A stretch of DNA of 64,000 nucleotides from Podarcis vaucheri (taxonomy: Eukaryota): the NCBI GenBank assembly GCA_965113315.1, contig OZ220378.1; one strand, 5' to 3'. Shown here one piece after another: positions 59,839-64,000 of this stretch. Below the pieces are notes generated by a model, which was not told the DNA's origin, made no database searches, and saw only the letters and a list, made by a program, of their open reading frames with translations. Position 1 is the first letter of the stretch. Each line of letters starts with the position of its first letter. The position numbers and the translations under genes were made by a program.

Positions 59839-64000
<4,162 letters not shown>

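Overview
Vertebrate genomic DNA from a squamate, most likely a lacertid lizard (inferred from young Sauria SINEs and squamate CR1/L2/MITE repeats). The region is homologous to human 11q13. I reconstructed exon by exon, from GT-AG junctions and phase continuity: ZNRD2/SSSCA1 (-, 4 exons, 215 aa), RBM14 (-, 3 exons, 639 aa), CCS (-, 8 exons, 277 aa), intronless CCDC87 (+, about 865 aa, head-to-head with CCS), an RBM4-family gene (-, 353 aa, with non-coding first and last exons) and the last five exons of SPTBN2 (-). Intergenic and intronic DNA carries a solo LTR, Sauria SINEs, a truncated L1-like insert, L2/CR1 fragments, and TA-flanked and hAT-type MITEs, several with readable target-site duplications. 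The main unexplained element is an orphan CpG-island promoter (about 7.9-9.7 kb) with an RFX X-box, CCAAT/TATA elements, a stem-loop and a T-box/E-box cluster, but no recognisable gene. Gene order also differs from human: one RBM4 copy here, upstream of RBM14, and the CCDC87-CCS-RBM14 block is flipped relative to SPTBN2. There are no prokaryote-type systems such as CRISPR. Gene identities and human gene order come from my recall, not from database searches.
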